NCBI GenBank assembly: GCA_034660555.1
Contig: JAYEJL010000081.1
Location: 1-50,856 of the forward strand
Origin: Thermotogota bacterium
GTDB lineage: Bacteria > Thermotogota > Thermotogae > Petrotogales > Kosmotogaceae
Length of the DNA: 50,856 bases
Reading direction: 5' to 3'
This document shows, piece by piece, positions 30,548-40,223 of the stretch. Under the pieces are notes generated by a model. That model did not search any database. It had not been told where the DNA came from and was given only the letters and a program-made list of their open reading frames with translations. Each line of letters starts with the position of its first letter. Positions within the stretch are counted from its first letter, which is position 1. Position numbers and translations under genes: made by a program.

Positions 30548-31663
30548 ATGGGCAAAGAATTACACGATTTCAGACATTTATTACACCAATATCCTGAACC
30601 AGGTTTTGAGGAACATAATACAGCTAAAGTTATTCTCGGCGCACTGAGTTCAATACCTGAATCTTTTAAAATTCACAGGCCCACTGGTACCTCCATAGTT
30701 GTTGAGTATAGAATCAGTAATGGTCCCTTTCTATTGTTGAGAGCAGATATGGATGGGTTGCCAATCAAGGAGGAAACAAAAATCGACTTCGCGTCAAAAC
30801 ATGAAGGCTGGATGCATGCCTGTGGGCACGATATCCATATGAGTGTGCTTTACGGTGTAATCAGATATGTCGCAGAAAAAAGACCTAAAAGAAACATCCT
30901 GTTCCTTTTTCAACCAGCTGAAGAAGGTCCCGGTGGAGCGGAACCAATAATCAATACCGGTTTTTTCGACAATTATTCAATTGAAAAGGCTGTTGCACTT
31001 CATGTAACGGACGATTTCCCACTCGGATCTGTTGGTATTAGAAAAGGCGTAATGTTTGCAAGCCCCACTGGCTTTGATATATCATTTAAAGGAAAGAGCG
31101 CTCACGCTGCAACACCTCATCTGGGGAAAGACGCATTATTTGTAGCTACGTCATTTGTGCAAACGGTACACAACGAACTATCCAGGGTTGTTCCCAATGA
31201 AGAGAGATATGTGTTTACCTTAGGAAAATTAGAAGCCGGAGATAGACGTAATGTGGTACCTTCACATGCAAAAATTGAAGGTGTCTACCGCGTTCTTGAT
31301 ATTAATGTGAAAGATATTATCGATAAAACAGTTGAACGTCTTGTAGAGAAAATTTCAAATGTATTTGATGTTGAGCATGAGCTTGAATATGTGCTGTATT
31401 ATCCCACAGTGGTGAACGATGATTCTATGGTTGATAAATTTCATGAATTGATCTCACCTTCTTATAAAATTTTTGAGTCTGAGATAAAATTGTATGGTGA
31501 AGACTTTGGTTTTTTTAGTCATAAATATCCATCTTTAATATTTTGGCTTGGAAGTCGTGAAGGCAATGTGAAAAAAGGATTGCATACACCTGATTTTCTG
31601 CCACCGGATCAAACCATTGATCACGGTGTTAACATTATGAGTGAGTTGATTGAGGGGTTGTAA
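30548..31663 (+). CDS. M20D amidohydrolase (N-acetyldiaminopimelate deacetylase-like)
   Basis: RHLLHQYPE, RADMDGLP, MHACGHD, FQPAEEGPGGA, GEDFG, LHTP. SD GAGGTGA before ATG 30548 (track 30386). Confidence 0.88.
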   Translation: MGKELHDFRHLLHQYPEPGFEEHNTAKVILGALSSIPESFKIHRPTGTSIVVEYRISNGPFLLLRADMDGLPIKEETKIDFASKHEGWMHACGHDIHMSVLYGVIRYVAEKRPKRNILFLFQPAEEGPGGAEPIINTGFFDNYSIEKAVALHVTDDFPLGSVGIRKGVMFASPTGFDISFKGKSAHAATPHLGKDALFVATSFVQTVHNELSRVVPNEERYVFTLGKLEAGDRRNVVPSHAKIEGVYRVLDINVKDIIDKTVERLVEKISNVFDVEHELEYVLYYPTVVNDDSMVDKFHELISPSYKIFESEIKLYGEDFGFFSHKYPSLIFWLGSREGNVKKGLHTPDFLPPDQTIDHGVNIMSELIEGL

Positions 31664-31664
31664 A

Positions 31665-32195
31665 ATGAAAAAAATGGGTCTAAAAGACAGAAGTTTTGTC
31701 ATACTCGATACAGAAACCACAGGTTTAAGTCCACATCGCGGTGCAAGACTCATTGAAGTAGCAGCTTTAAGAATTAGAGATGGTGAAATAGATGAAAGGG
31801 ATTGCTACTCAGAACTAATCAATCCAGAACGACCCATACCCATTTTTATAACACGTCTAACAGGGATCTCTACTAGAATGGTTAAAAACGCCAGAACCGT
31901 GGATAGGGTATTACCAGATTTCCTGGATTTTCTAAAAGATGACATTCTGGTGATCCAGAATGCTCCTTTTGATCTTTCATTTCTCGATCACCACGCGCTT
32001 GATATTGGCTTGTCTCCGGTAAAAAATGACTTCATAGATACTATTTCTCTTTCCAGAAGCCTTTTCAGAGGCAGACATAATCTTGACACAATTCTCGCAC
32101 GATTGAATATCCTGCCCGAAAATCGCCATAGGGCACTGGGTGATGTTCTTGCCACAGCCAGGGCTTTTTTGAAGATGAGTTACATGATTACATGA
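31665..32195 (+). CDS. Stand-alone DEDDh 3'-5' exonuclease (DnaQ/PolC-exo-like)
   Basis: ExoI LDTETTG, ExoII QNAPFD, ExoIII HRALGD. C-terminus apparently shortened by an 8-bp duplication. Confidence 0.9.
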   Translation: MKKMGLKDRSFVILDTETTGLSPHRGARLIEVAALRIRDGEIDERDCYSELINPERPIPIFITRLTGISTRMVKNARTVDRVLPDFLDFLKDDILVIQNAPFDLSFLDHHALDIGLSPVKNDFIDTISLSRSLFRGRHNLDTILARLNILPENRHRALGDVLATARAFLKMSYMIT

Positions 32196-32196
32196 T
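32181..32196 (+). repeat. 8-bp tandem duplication TACATGAT x2
   Basis: Directly visible at 32181-32188 and 32189-32196. Confidence 0.9.
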
Positions 32197-32300
32197 TGGA
32201 GAAGAAAATATTGGCAGCTTTGTAAGAAAAAGATACAGGCTATATCAACGGAAATAAATCTACATAAAAGCCCATGATCATACCTGAAATATTTTTGTTT

Positions 32301-32348
32301 ATACTATATCTTGTGTTATCATATAATTTACCAACCTATATTTATTGT
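32301..32348 (+). promoter_or_regulatory. Tandem NrdR boxes and -10 element of the nrdDG promoter
   Basis: ATACTATATCTTGTGT (32301-32316) and the weaker AACCTATATTTATTGT (32333-32348), 32 bp apart, resemble the acaCwAtATaTwGtg consensus; TATAAT at 32322-32327. Confidence 0.75.
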
Positions 32349-32374
32349 TAATTCATTTTTTAGGAGGTGGTTAA

Positions 32375-34528
32375 ATGTTTTCAGTCAGAAAACGAAACGG
32401 CTCAATTGTCAACTTTCAATTAGATAAAATCACCACAGCCATAAGGAAAGCTTTCGATGCAACCAATACCCAGTATACAGAAGATGTTCTTGAGAAAATA
32501 TCCCTCAGGGTCGTCGCTGACTTTCAGAAAAAAATCGACGATCAAACTATTTTCATAGAAGACATCCAGGATTCTGTGGAGAAAATTCTTGTGGATCTTG
32601 GTTTTTCACAGGTCGCTAAAGCCTACATTTTATATAGAAAACAACGAGAAAAAATGAGACAGTTCGATTCTTCCATTTTGAATTTTGCCTCAACTGTCAA
32701 CAACTATCTAAAACAGCGTGATTGGCGCGTTAACGAAAACAGCACGGTAACATACTCAATTGGTGGCCTTATTCTCCACAACAGTGGAACTATAACTGCG
32801 AACTACTGGTTAAGCGAAATATATGACGCTCAAATTGGCGAGGTTCACAGAAATGGTGATATGCACATACACGATCTTTCCATGCTAAGCGGGTATTGTG
32901 CTGGATGGAGTCTGAAACAACTCATAGAAGAAGGGTTGGGTGGAGTCATGGGTAAGGTTTCATCCAAGCCTGCCAGGCATCTTTCAACGCTTGCCAATCA
33001 AATGGTAAATTTTCTTGGTATCTTGCAGAATGAATGGGCAGGAGCTCAGGCCTTCAGTTCCTTCGATACCTATCTCGCTCCTTTTGTAAAAACCGATGAA
33101 CTTGATTTTGATGAGGTCAAGCAATCAATTCAATCTTTCGTTTTTGGTGTAAATACCCCAAGTAGATGGGGAACACAATCACCTTTTTCAAATATAACTC
33201 TTGACTGGGTCGTTCCAAAAAAACTAAAAGACGAACCGGCCATAGTGGGTGGTCAACCACAGAGTTTCACATACGGTGATTGTCAGAAAGAAATGGATAT
33301 TGTTAACAGGGCTTTTTTGGAAATACTACAAGAGGGTGACGCGAACGGTCGAGGATTTCAGTACCCCATACCAACATACAACATAACAAAAGATTTTGAC
33401 TGGGATAATCAAAACACGGAGTTGTTATTCAAGATAACATCAAAATATGGCACACCATATTTCCAAAACTTTATAAATTCTGATCTGGATCCTGATGACG
33501 TTAGATCCATGTGCTGCCGATTGCAACTGGATAAAAGAGAGCTAAGAAGAAGGGGCGGAGGCCTGTTTGGCTCAGATGAATTTACAGGTTCAATAGGTGT
33601 CGTTACAATCAATCTACCAAGAATAGCCTATCTTAGCGAAAGCGAAAAAGAATTCTTCAGTAAACTATCAAAGATAATGGACATCGCTAAACGCAGTCTG
33701 GAAGTGAAAAGAGAAGTAATTGAAAAGTTGAATGATGAAGGACTTTATCCTTACACCAAACGTTATCTAAAAAACTTTGATAATCATTTCTCTACCATCG
33801 GATTAATAGGAATGAATGAAACTACCCTCAACGCACGCTGGTTGAATAAACCTTTTTACAAAGAGGAGTCGAGAAACTTTGCCATCAAAGTACTTGAGTT
33901 TATGAGAGACAAGATAGCAACATATCAGGAAGAAACAGGGCATTTATATAATCTGGAAGCCACTCCTGCAGAATCCACAACATATCGACTTGCAAAAGTC
34001 GACAGAGAGAGATACCCCGGTATTATAACCGCAGGAGACGAAACGCCTTATTACACAAATTCTTCGCACCTTCCAGTGAATTTTGATGGCGATATGTTCA
34101 CTGCCCTCGGTCATCAAGAAGAACTCCAGACAAAATATACTGGTGGAACAGTTTTCCACACCTTCCTGGGCGAGAGAATTTCGGATTGGAAGGTCACGAG
34201 AAACCTGGTTGAAAAAATCGCTACGAATTATCGAATTCCGTACTTCACAATTTCACCAACCTATTCCATCTGTCCTGATCACGGTTACATAACCGGCGAA
34301 CACTATGAATGTCCACATTGCGGGAAAACAACAGAGGTTTACTCAAGGATAACTGGTTATTACAGACCTGTACAGCACTGGAATCGTGGAAAAAAAGAAG
34401 AATTCAAACATAGAAAAGAATATGATGTTTCAAGGGGTGATACTGATGAAGTTCGCGGGATGGCAAAAAGTGAGTCTGGTGGACTATCCGGAGAAAATCG
34501 CAACGACAGTCTTTACCTCAGGCTGTAA
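32375..34528 (+). CDS. nrdD: Anaerobic (class III) ribonucleoside-triphosphate reductase
   Basis: N-terminal ATP cone (VRKRNG...KITTAI), SMCCRL finger loop, CPDH...CPHC metal site, glycyl radical motif YSRITGYYRP. Confidence 0.96.
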   Translation: MFSVRKRNGSIVNFQLDKITTAIRKAFDATNTQYTEDVLEKISLRVVADFQKKIDDQTIFIEDIQDSVEKILVDLGFSQVAKAYILYRKQREKMRQFDSSILNFASTVNNYLKQRDWRVNENSTVTYSIGGLILHNSGTITANYWLSEIYDAQIGEVHRNGDMHIHDLSMLSGYCAGWSLKQLIEEGLGGVMGKVSSKPARHLSTLANQMVNFLGILQNEWAGAQAFSSFDTYLAPFVKTDELDFDEVKQSIQSFVFGVNTPSRWGTQSPFSNITLDWVVPKKLKDEPAIVGGQPQSFTYGDCQKEMDIVNRAFLEILQEGDANGRGFQYPIPTYNITKDFDWDNQNTELLFKITSKYGTPYFQNFINSDLDPDDVRSMCCRLQLDKRELRRRGGGLFGSDEFTGSIGVVTINLPRIAYLSESEKEFFSKLSKIMDIAKRSLEVKREVIEKLNDEGLYPYTKRYLKNFDNHFSTIGLIGMNETTLNARWLNKPFYKEESRNFAIKVLEFMRDKIATYQEETGHLYNLEATPAESTTYRLAKVDRERYPGIITAGDETPYYTNSSHLPVNFDGDMFTALGHQEELQTKYTGGTVFHTFLGERISDWKVTRNLVEKIATNYRIPYFTISPTYSICPDHGYITGEHYECPHCGKTTEVYSRITGYYRPVQHWNRGKKEEFKHRKEYDVSRGDTDEVRGMAKSESGGLSGENRNDSLYLRL

Positions 34529-35096
34529 TTTTGACTGTGCTTACTGCCACAACGCTCAATTGAAAAAATTCATTGACAATAACATTACTGAAGACGAGGT
34601 ATTTGAGTATATAAAAAAACATATCACTATGATTGATGCACTAACAGTTACAGGCGGAGAACCATCGTTATGGGATGACGAATTAATTTCGTTTTTTAGG
34701 AGATGCAAGAATAAATTTGAGCATAAGCTGCTAAAAATAGATACAAATGGAAGCAAGCCTGACTTTCTTAAAAAAATAAGCAAACTAATAGATTATGTAG
34801 CCATAGATCTTAAATCACTTGATTATTCACAGTTTTCAGAAATTACGCTTGACATTATCAAAGAAAGTCTTGAAATTGTAAAAACCTTTGATAATTACGA
34901 AATTAGGATAACAGCTTATCCCCCTTACGTGAAACAGGAAGATTTTCTTTCATACAGAGATATTCTGAAGGGTCATAAACGTGTGGCAATTCAGCAACTA
35001 ACCCCTGTTAATAGTGTAAAACCCTATGAAAAAAGTGTGTTGAATGATTTTGCAAAGACTCTTGAACCGGTTGTGGATAGTGTTATAGTAAGATAA
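34446..35096 (+). CDS. nrdG: Anaerobic RNR activating radical SAM protein
   Basis: SLVDYP, GCNFDCAYCHN (CxxxCxxC), TGGEP, KIDTNGS. SD AGGGGTGA before ATG 34446 (track 34386). Confidence 0.93.
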   Translation: MKFAGWQKVSLVDYPEKIATTVFTSGCNFDCAYCHNAQLKKFIDNNITEDEVFEYIKKHITMIDALTVTGGEPSLWDDELISFFRRCKNKFEHKLLKIDTNGSKPDFLKKISKLIDYVAIDLKSLDYSQFSEITLDIIKESLEIVKTFDNYEIRITAYPPYVKQEDFLSYRDILKGHKRVAIQQLTPVNSVKPYEKSVLNDFAKTLEPVVDSVIVR

Positions 35097-35118
35097 AAGA
35101 ACCATGGGGGGAATTAAA

Positions 35119-36948
35119 ATGAAACTTAAATTTCTTGATATGGATCCTTTTGTAATAAACACGGGGATTGTATCATTTGAAAAGTACTACGGTGATCTCA
35201 CTGTCCAATACACTTTAAAAAGCAGTCCCGAAGAAACTTATATCAATACTGTAATAACTAACAACGGAACAGAAATGGTCAAACCCGGTCGTTTTAACTT
35301 GTTTAATCTTGTTGATATTGAAGGATATGCTTACATGAATTCCTGGCAATCATGGATGCCTTTCAAAGCTTATTACGTAAAACCTGACATAGAACCCCTT
35401 GTTTCAATGGCAAAGGCTTCGGGAAACACCCTATATTCTGCCTCAATTGTACCGGATATTCTGGAAAACGGTGATTTACCAAGCGATTATTTTATAGCTT
35501 TCAAAGATTTTGTTGCTGGTTTTCTTTCATCTAAAGTTTCACATCCGTTTTTCCTACTAAATGAAAATAAAAAACGTGTAGAAGTGATGATCGATCTCTT
35601 TGGTAAACCTCTAAATCCAGGAGAAAGCATCAAGCTTGAACCCTTTGTGTTACTCGAAAAGGATCCGTTACCGGTGCTTTTGGAACGATATGCTCAGTTA
35701 ATAAACAATGAAGAAGGCGTACATTTTAAGAACTTCGAAGGCATTGGCTGGTGCAGCTGGTATCAGTATTTCACTGAAATAGACTTCAACAAACTGATGA
35801 AAGATATTGAGAAAATATCTTCGGTAAAATCCAGTAATTCCTTGCCCTACACGTTGATACAGCTTGATGATGGTTATGAAAAAGATATTGGAGACTGGCT
35901 GGAAACTAATGACAAGTTTCCTGATCTTTCGGAAATAAGCGAAAATATAGTTAACAAAGGGTTAAAGGCAGGAATATGGGTCGCACCTTTCAGCATTTCA
36001 GAAACTTCTAGTATTTTTAAGGAACATAAGGACTGGCTGGTAAAAGACTTCTTAGGCAAACCAAAGTTATGTTATCGCAACTGGAATAAAAAAATCTATG
36101 CACTGGACACTACACATCCAGGAGCAACTAAATACCTTAAAAACCTGTTTAGCAAGTTGAGGGAAGTTAGGTTTTCATATCTAAAAATTGATTTTCTTTT
36201 TGCAGGTGCAATGCCGGGGAAAAGGTACAATGAAAATGTAACTCCGGTGGAAGCCTACAGAGAAGGAATGAAAATCATAAAAAGCTATGCCGGTGAGGAT
36301 ACCTTCATTCTGGGATGCGGGGCCCCGCTTTTACCATCTGTGGGTTTTGTTGATGCCATGAGAATTGGGTCGGACACCGCTCCAATATGGAATGGAGATG
36401 TTCCTGATATTGGAATACCTTCAGCTAAGTTTTCCATACGCAATGCAATAACCAGATATTTTATGCATAAAAGATTGTGGTTGAATGATCCGGATACCCT
36501 CATACTCAGAAATGAGGCCGAACTAACCGATAGCGAAAAGAAACTTTTCTGCATTGTCTCAGCCTCTTTGGATAATATATTGCTGCATAGTGATGAAATG
36601 AAAAAACTAAATGAGAAAAACGTTCAACTACTAAAGGAAGCAATGAAATACTCAGAAGGAAAGGCCAGAGTATTTTTCGGTCACAGAGCAGATACATACG
36701 TAGTAGCAACAAAAGGAGGTAGATATTATAACAGTGTGATCGCTGTTAACCTTAATGATGAAAACGAAAAGATCAACATCCCCCTCGAAGCTATACAATG
36801 GTCAGGGGTGACCACCGAAAAGAGTATCGATGTCGATCCTCACTCAATCTCTATAAGAAAGGACAATTCCCTGGCTGTAAAACTTAAGGTAACCAGAGAA
36901 AAAATGGAAGATGGAAGGGAAATAAATTACTACGAACCTGAAAATTAA
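35119..36948 (+). CDS. GH36 alpha-galactosidase
   Basis: GWCSWYQYF, QLDDGY, GIWVAPF, YLKIDFL, ILGCGAP, MRIGSDT, NDPD. Confidence 0.9.
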   Translation: MKLKFLDMDPFVINTGIVSFEKYYGDLTVQYTLKSSPEETYINTVITNNGTEMVKPGRFNLFNLVDIEGYAYMNSWQSWMPFKAYYVKPDIEPLVSMAKASGNTLYSASIVPDILENGDLPSDYFIAFKDFVAGFLSSKVSHPFFLLNENKKRVEVMIDLFGKPLNPGESIKLEPFVLLEKDPLPVLLERYAQLINNEEGVHFKNFEGIGWCSWYQYFTEIDFNKLMKDIEKISSVKSSNSLPYTLIQLDDGYEKDIGDWLETNDKFPDLSEISENIVNKGLKAGIWVAPFSISETSSIFKEHKDWLVKDFLGKPKLCYRNWNKKIYALDTTHPGATKYLKNLFSKLREVRFSYLKIDFLFAGAMPGKRYNENVTPVEAYREGMKIIKSYAGEDTFILGCGAPLLPSVGFVDAMRIGSDTAPIWNGDVPDIGIPSAKFSIRNAITRYFMHKRLWLNDPDTLILRNEAELTDSEKKLFCIVSASLDNILLHSDEMKKLNEKNVQLLKEAMKYSEGKARVFFGHRADTYVVATKGGRYYNSVIAVNLNDENEKINIPLEAIQWSGVTTEKSIDVDPHSISIRKDNSLAVKLKVTREKMEDGREINYYEPEN

Positions 36949-38729
36949 TCAACTTTACTGATTACCATAAAACTCCTTGCTGGGACCTCTATAGCTTTCC
37001 CCTGTTCTATGGTAATGCTAACGTTATCAAAAGCATTAGCATATTTCCCATAATCTTTTTCAGGTAACCATTTCATTGAAGCGTCTCCAGGATTTGTTAA
37101 TACTATAATGTGTTCCTCGTCCAGAACCCGTTCAAAAACAAAAAGTGAGCCTTCAGAATAAATAATGTTATGGTCTCCCGTTCTTAATGCAGAATGCTCT
37201 TTTCTAAGATTAATTAAGGTTCTGTAGTGATCCATTAATTCTTTATTCCACATCTCTTGTTTCCAGTACATGGGTTTTCTGTTATCTGGATCGTTGTATC
37301 CCTTCATTCCAATTTCATCACCATAGTAAATTACGGGAGAACCTTTAAATGTAAACTGAAGTGTTACTGCAATCTTAGCAAGTTTTATGTCACCATATAG
37401 CGCTGTCAATATTCTTTCAGTATCGTGACTTCCCAGAAGATTCCATAAAGAATCTAATACTTGTGGAGGATATGAATTTAGATAGTATTCAGTCATAGTT
37501 TTAAATTTACTGGAAGAATGTCCTGCTCTTGCAACATATTCAATTACAGCGTCTCTAAAAAGATAATTCATTACAGAGTCAAAGCTGTTACCTGTTAAAA
37601 AGGTTTTTGCATAACCCCAGTACTCAGCCACCAAGATATCTGATGCGTCCATCCCCTTTACCAAAGGTCTGAAAAAATCTCTCCAAAACTCAAAAGGCAC
37701 TTCATTTGCCACATCAAGTCTCCAGCCAGCTATTCCTTTATTTACCCATTTTTCAATTACGGACTCAATGTAGTTTCTCACTTCATCGTTGTTCACATTG
37801 AGCTTTGGCATATGAGCGTATCCAGCCCATCCTGTATAGTTCATGGCTATTCCGCCATAACTTCTGATTGGAAAACTCTTTATGAAATACCAATCTGTGT
37901 ATTCTGAATTTTCTCCTTTTTCTCTGATATCTTTGAAGGCAAAAAACTCCGTTCCTGTATGATTAAAAACGCCATCAAGAACAACGTTTATGTCCTCTTC
38001 TGAGTAAGCGTTTACCAGTTCTTCAAAAGTTCCCTCCGTACCGAAATTATCGTCTATCTTCATATAGTCAGTCGTATCGTACTTATGGCTAGAGATGCTT
38101 TCAAAAATTGGATTGAAGTAAATCGTTTCAACACCAAGATTTTTCAGATAATCCAATTTGTCAATTACACCCTGAAGATCCCCTCCAAAGAAACCGTCCG
38201 AACCGAGTTTTGCCCTTTCGGGATCAAGATACCAGTTCTGCGTTTGAGGTGGATCATTATTCTCATTCCCGTTGGCAAATCTTTCTGGAAAGATCTGATA
38301 GTAAATTCTGCCCTTTGACCACTCTGGTGTGTCAAAGTAATCAATGGGTGGTTCTTCTTTATCAAATCGAAAGGGTTCGGGTATTTCATTTTCAAACATT
38401 CCATTTTGTCCCAGATAAAAAACCATGTCTTCAACGAGAAACTGAAAGTAATATTCTTCAAAATCACTATCGATTATTTTTGTTCTATAATAAAACAAAT
38501 CCTCTGTATCCCTAAGATATGATAGCTCAAACTCTTTATTAGGTGAGACAATAAAGATCTTCTCTGGTATTATTCCTTCATTTTTCTCAACGGACAATGA
38601 AACATAAATTACTCCTAGCTCCACTGGATTGAAGTACGTTCTATTATGCTGATCATGAACTACTTCAATCTGATAACCCATTGTAATTAATGTCGTTAAC
38701 AAAAAGAGTACTATTAAGAATTTATTCAT
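36945..38729 (-). CDS. GH13 neopullulanase/cyclomaltodextrinase-like enzyme with signal peptide
   Basis: YQIFPERFANG, FFGGDLQG, HKYDT, DGVFNH, WRLDVANE, AEYW, GSHDTER. Confidence 0.9.
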   Translation of the reverse strand: MNKFLIVLFLLTTLITMGYQIEVVHDQHNRTYFNPVELGVIYVSLSVEKNEGIIPEKIFIVSPNKEFELSYLRDTEDLFYYRTKIIDSDFEEYYFQFLVEDMVFYLGQNGMFENEIPEPFRFDKEEPPIDYFDTPEWSKGRIYYQIFPERFANGNENNDPPQTQNWYLDPERAKLGSDGFFGGDLQGVIDKLDYLKNLGVETIYFNPIFESISSHKYDTTDYMKIDDNFGTEGTFEELVNAYSEEDINVVLDGVFNHTGTEFFAFKDIREKGENSEYTDWYFIKSFPIRSYGGIAMNYTGWAGYAHMPKLNVNNDEVRNYIESVIEKWVNKGIAGWRLDVANEVPFEFWRDFFRPLVKGMDASDILVAEYWGYAKTFLTGNSFDSVMNYLFRDAVIEYVARAGHSSSKFKTMTEYYLNSYPPQVLDSLWNLLGSHDTERILTALYGDIKLAKIAVTLQFTFKGSPVIYYGDEIGMKGYNDPDNRKPMYWKQEMWNKELMDHYRTLINLRKEHSALRTGDHNIIYSEGSLFVFERVLDEEHIIVLTNPGDASMKWLPEKDYGKYANAFDNVSITIEQGKAIEVPARSFMVISKVD

Positions 38730-38733
38730 CGTA

Positions 38734-39651
38734 TTATCTCCTTATTGGAGCGCGTTTAACGCTTAACCTGTTCACCCCGAACACACCAATCAAAATCAAT
38801 GCTGCTCCAAATAAACCTGTTACTGCAAAACTCTCTCCACGAATTAGTATACCCGCAAACAACGTTACTACAGTAGACAGGTATGGAAACACAGAAGCTT
38901 TTGAAGCAGGAAGTCGGGATAGAGTGTAATTAATTAAGAAAAATGCCAGGGTTGATGACAGTGTTCCCAGATACAAAGCTGAAATTAGAACCTGGGGATG
39001 AATAAATAATGTTAGATAATTGTTTAATTCTTTCAGGGCAATCGACTGTATAATTGCTATTATATTGAACTCGATAAATCCTGCGAACATCATGAAATAG
39101 GTTATTTCGATTGGTCTGGCTTTCAAAGAGGCACGTCTTGAAAGAATATTATACAGAGCCGCAGAAAATGTACTTATAAAAAGAAAGATGATACCAATAA
39201 ATTCTGCTCCAAATTCGCCACCACGTGAAAGGGTGATAATAATTACGCCAGAAAGTGCCACAAATATCGATATGATTTGCAAAAATCGCAACCGTTCTCC
39301 CAGAAAAATATGTGCCAGTATCAGTACAAAAACAGGAATTGTGGATATCATTAAACCAGCCACACTGGATGTTGTTCTTTGTACACCCAACGCTTCCATT
39401 GTGAAATAAAGCAGAGGCTGTACCAGTATCAAGGGAAGCAATTCCCTAAAAAGTGTTTTACTCAATCTTATTCGTATCAACCTTGTAACTGCTAGCAAGC
39501 TAATAAAAACGAATGCGACAGTGAAACGATACGCCAGAAAATATATTGGTCTTGTAATTTGAAGTGCTTCTTTTGTAAAAAGAAAGGAAAAACCAAATAT
39601 TACAGCTGATCCAATACCTGCGAGGTAAGGCAGAAAACTGTCTTTTTTCAT
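38734..39651 (-). CDS. DMT/EamA family transporter
   Basis: About 10 hydrophobic helices, IFGFSFLFTK, IPVFVLILAHIFLGE, two EamA repeats. Confidence 0.9.
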   Translation of the reverse strand: MKKDSFLPYLAGIGSAVIFGFSFLFTKEALQITRPIYFLAYRFTVAFVFISLLAVTRLIRIRLSKTLFRELLPLILVQPLLYFTMEALGVQRTTSSVAGLMISTIPVFVLILAHIFLGERLRFLQIISIFVALSGVIIITLSRGGEFGAEFIGIIFLFISTFSAALYNILSRRASLKARPIEITYFMMFAGFIEFNIIAIIQSIALKELNNYLTLFIHPQVLISALYLGTLSSTLAFFLINYTLSRLPASKASVFPYLSTVVTLFAGILIRGESFAVTGLFGAALILIGVFGVNRLSVKRAPIRR

Positions 39652-40151
39652 GTATTTACCGAACTTTCAGGAATCCTTTTTATGATTGTTGGAATAAGCC
39701 ATAACTGTAATATGATTCCTGGAATTCCCATGGCAAAAGAGACCAATAATGACTGGAACTCTCCCATTCTTATTCCAAGCATAGGAGCAATTAATAAAAT
39801 TCCAATCCCATAAATGATTCTACCGGGTATCCATGATATAGCAACAGCAAAATAAAGATTTTTCTTTCTCAGTAACCCCATTGTTAATCCATAAGCCAGT
39901 AATTCAAAAGCCATAAAAATTGCGATAGGAGGTTGTAGTGGAGGACGCCCAAAAAGCACTGCTGTTAATAATGGAGAAACAAGTCCTGTAATGGCTCCTA
40001 TTACAGGTCCAGAAATTCCACCAGCGATTAAAACAACAAAATGTAAGGGCAGAAGTACCTGACCCACGACCAAACTGAACTGATGGAAAATAATTGATAC
40101 AACAAATGCTATAGCAATCCATAAACCAAGATAGGTAATATTTCTTGTCAA
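39648..40151 (-). CDS. ECF transporter S component
   Basis: GQVLLPLHFVVLIAG, GRPP, MAFELLAYG, PGIILQL; TTG start after GGAGGTG. Confidence 0.8.
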   Translation of the reverse strand: MTRNITYLGLWIAIAFVVSIIFHQFSLVVGQVLLPLHFVVLIAGGISGPVIGAITGLVSPLLTAVLFGRPPLQPPIAIFMAFELLAYGLTMGLLRKKNLYFAVAISWIPGRIIYGIGILLIAPMLGIRMGEFQSLLVSFAMGIPGIILQLWLIPTIIKRIPESSVNT

Positions 40152-40223
40152 CTATGACACCTCCAGCATGTACAATGTCCTTATATAGTATAATTTAATT
40201 ATGCGTTACTCAGGGGGTTTACT

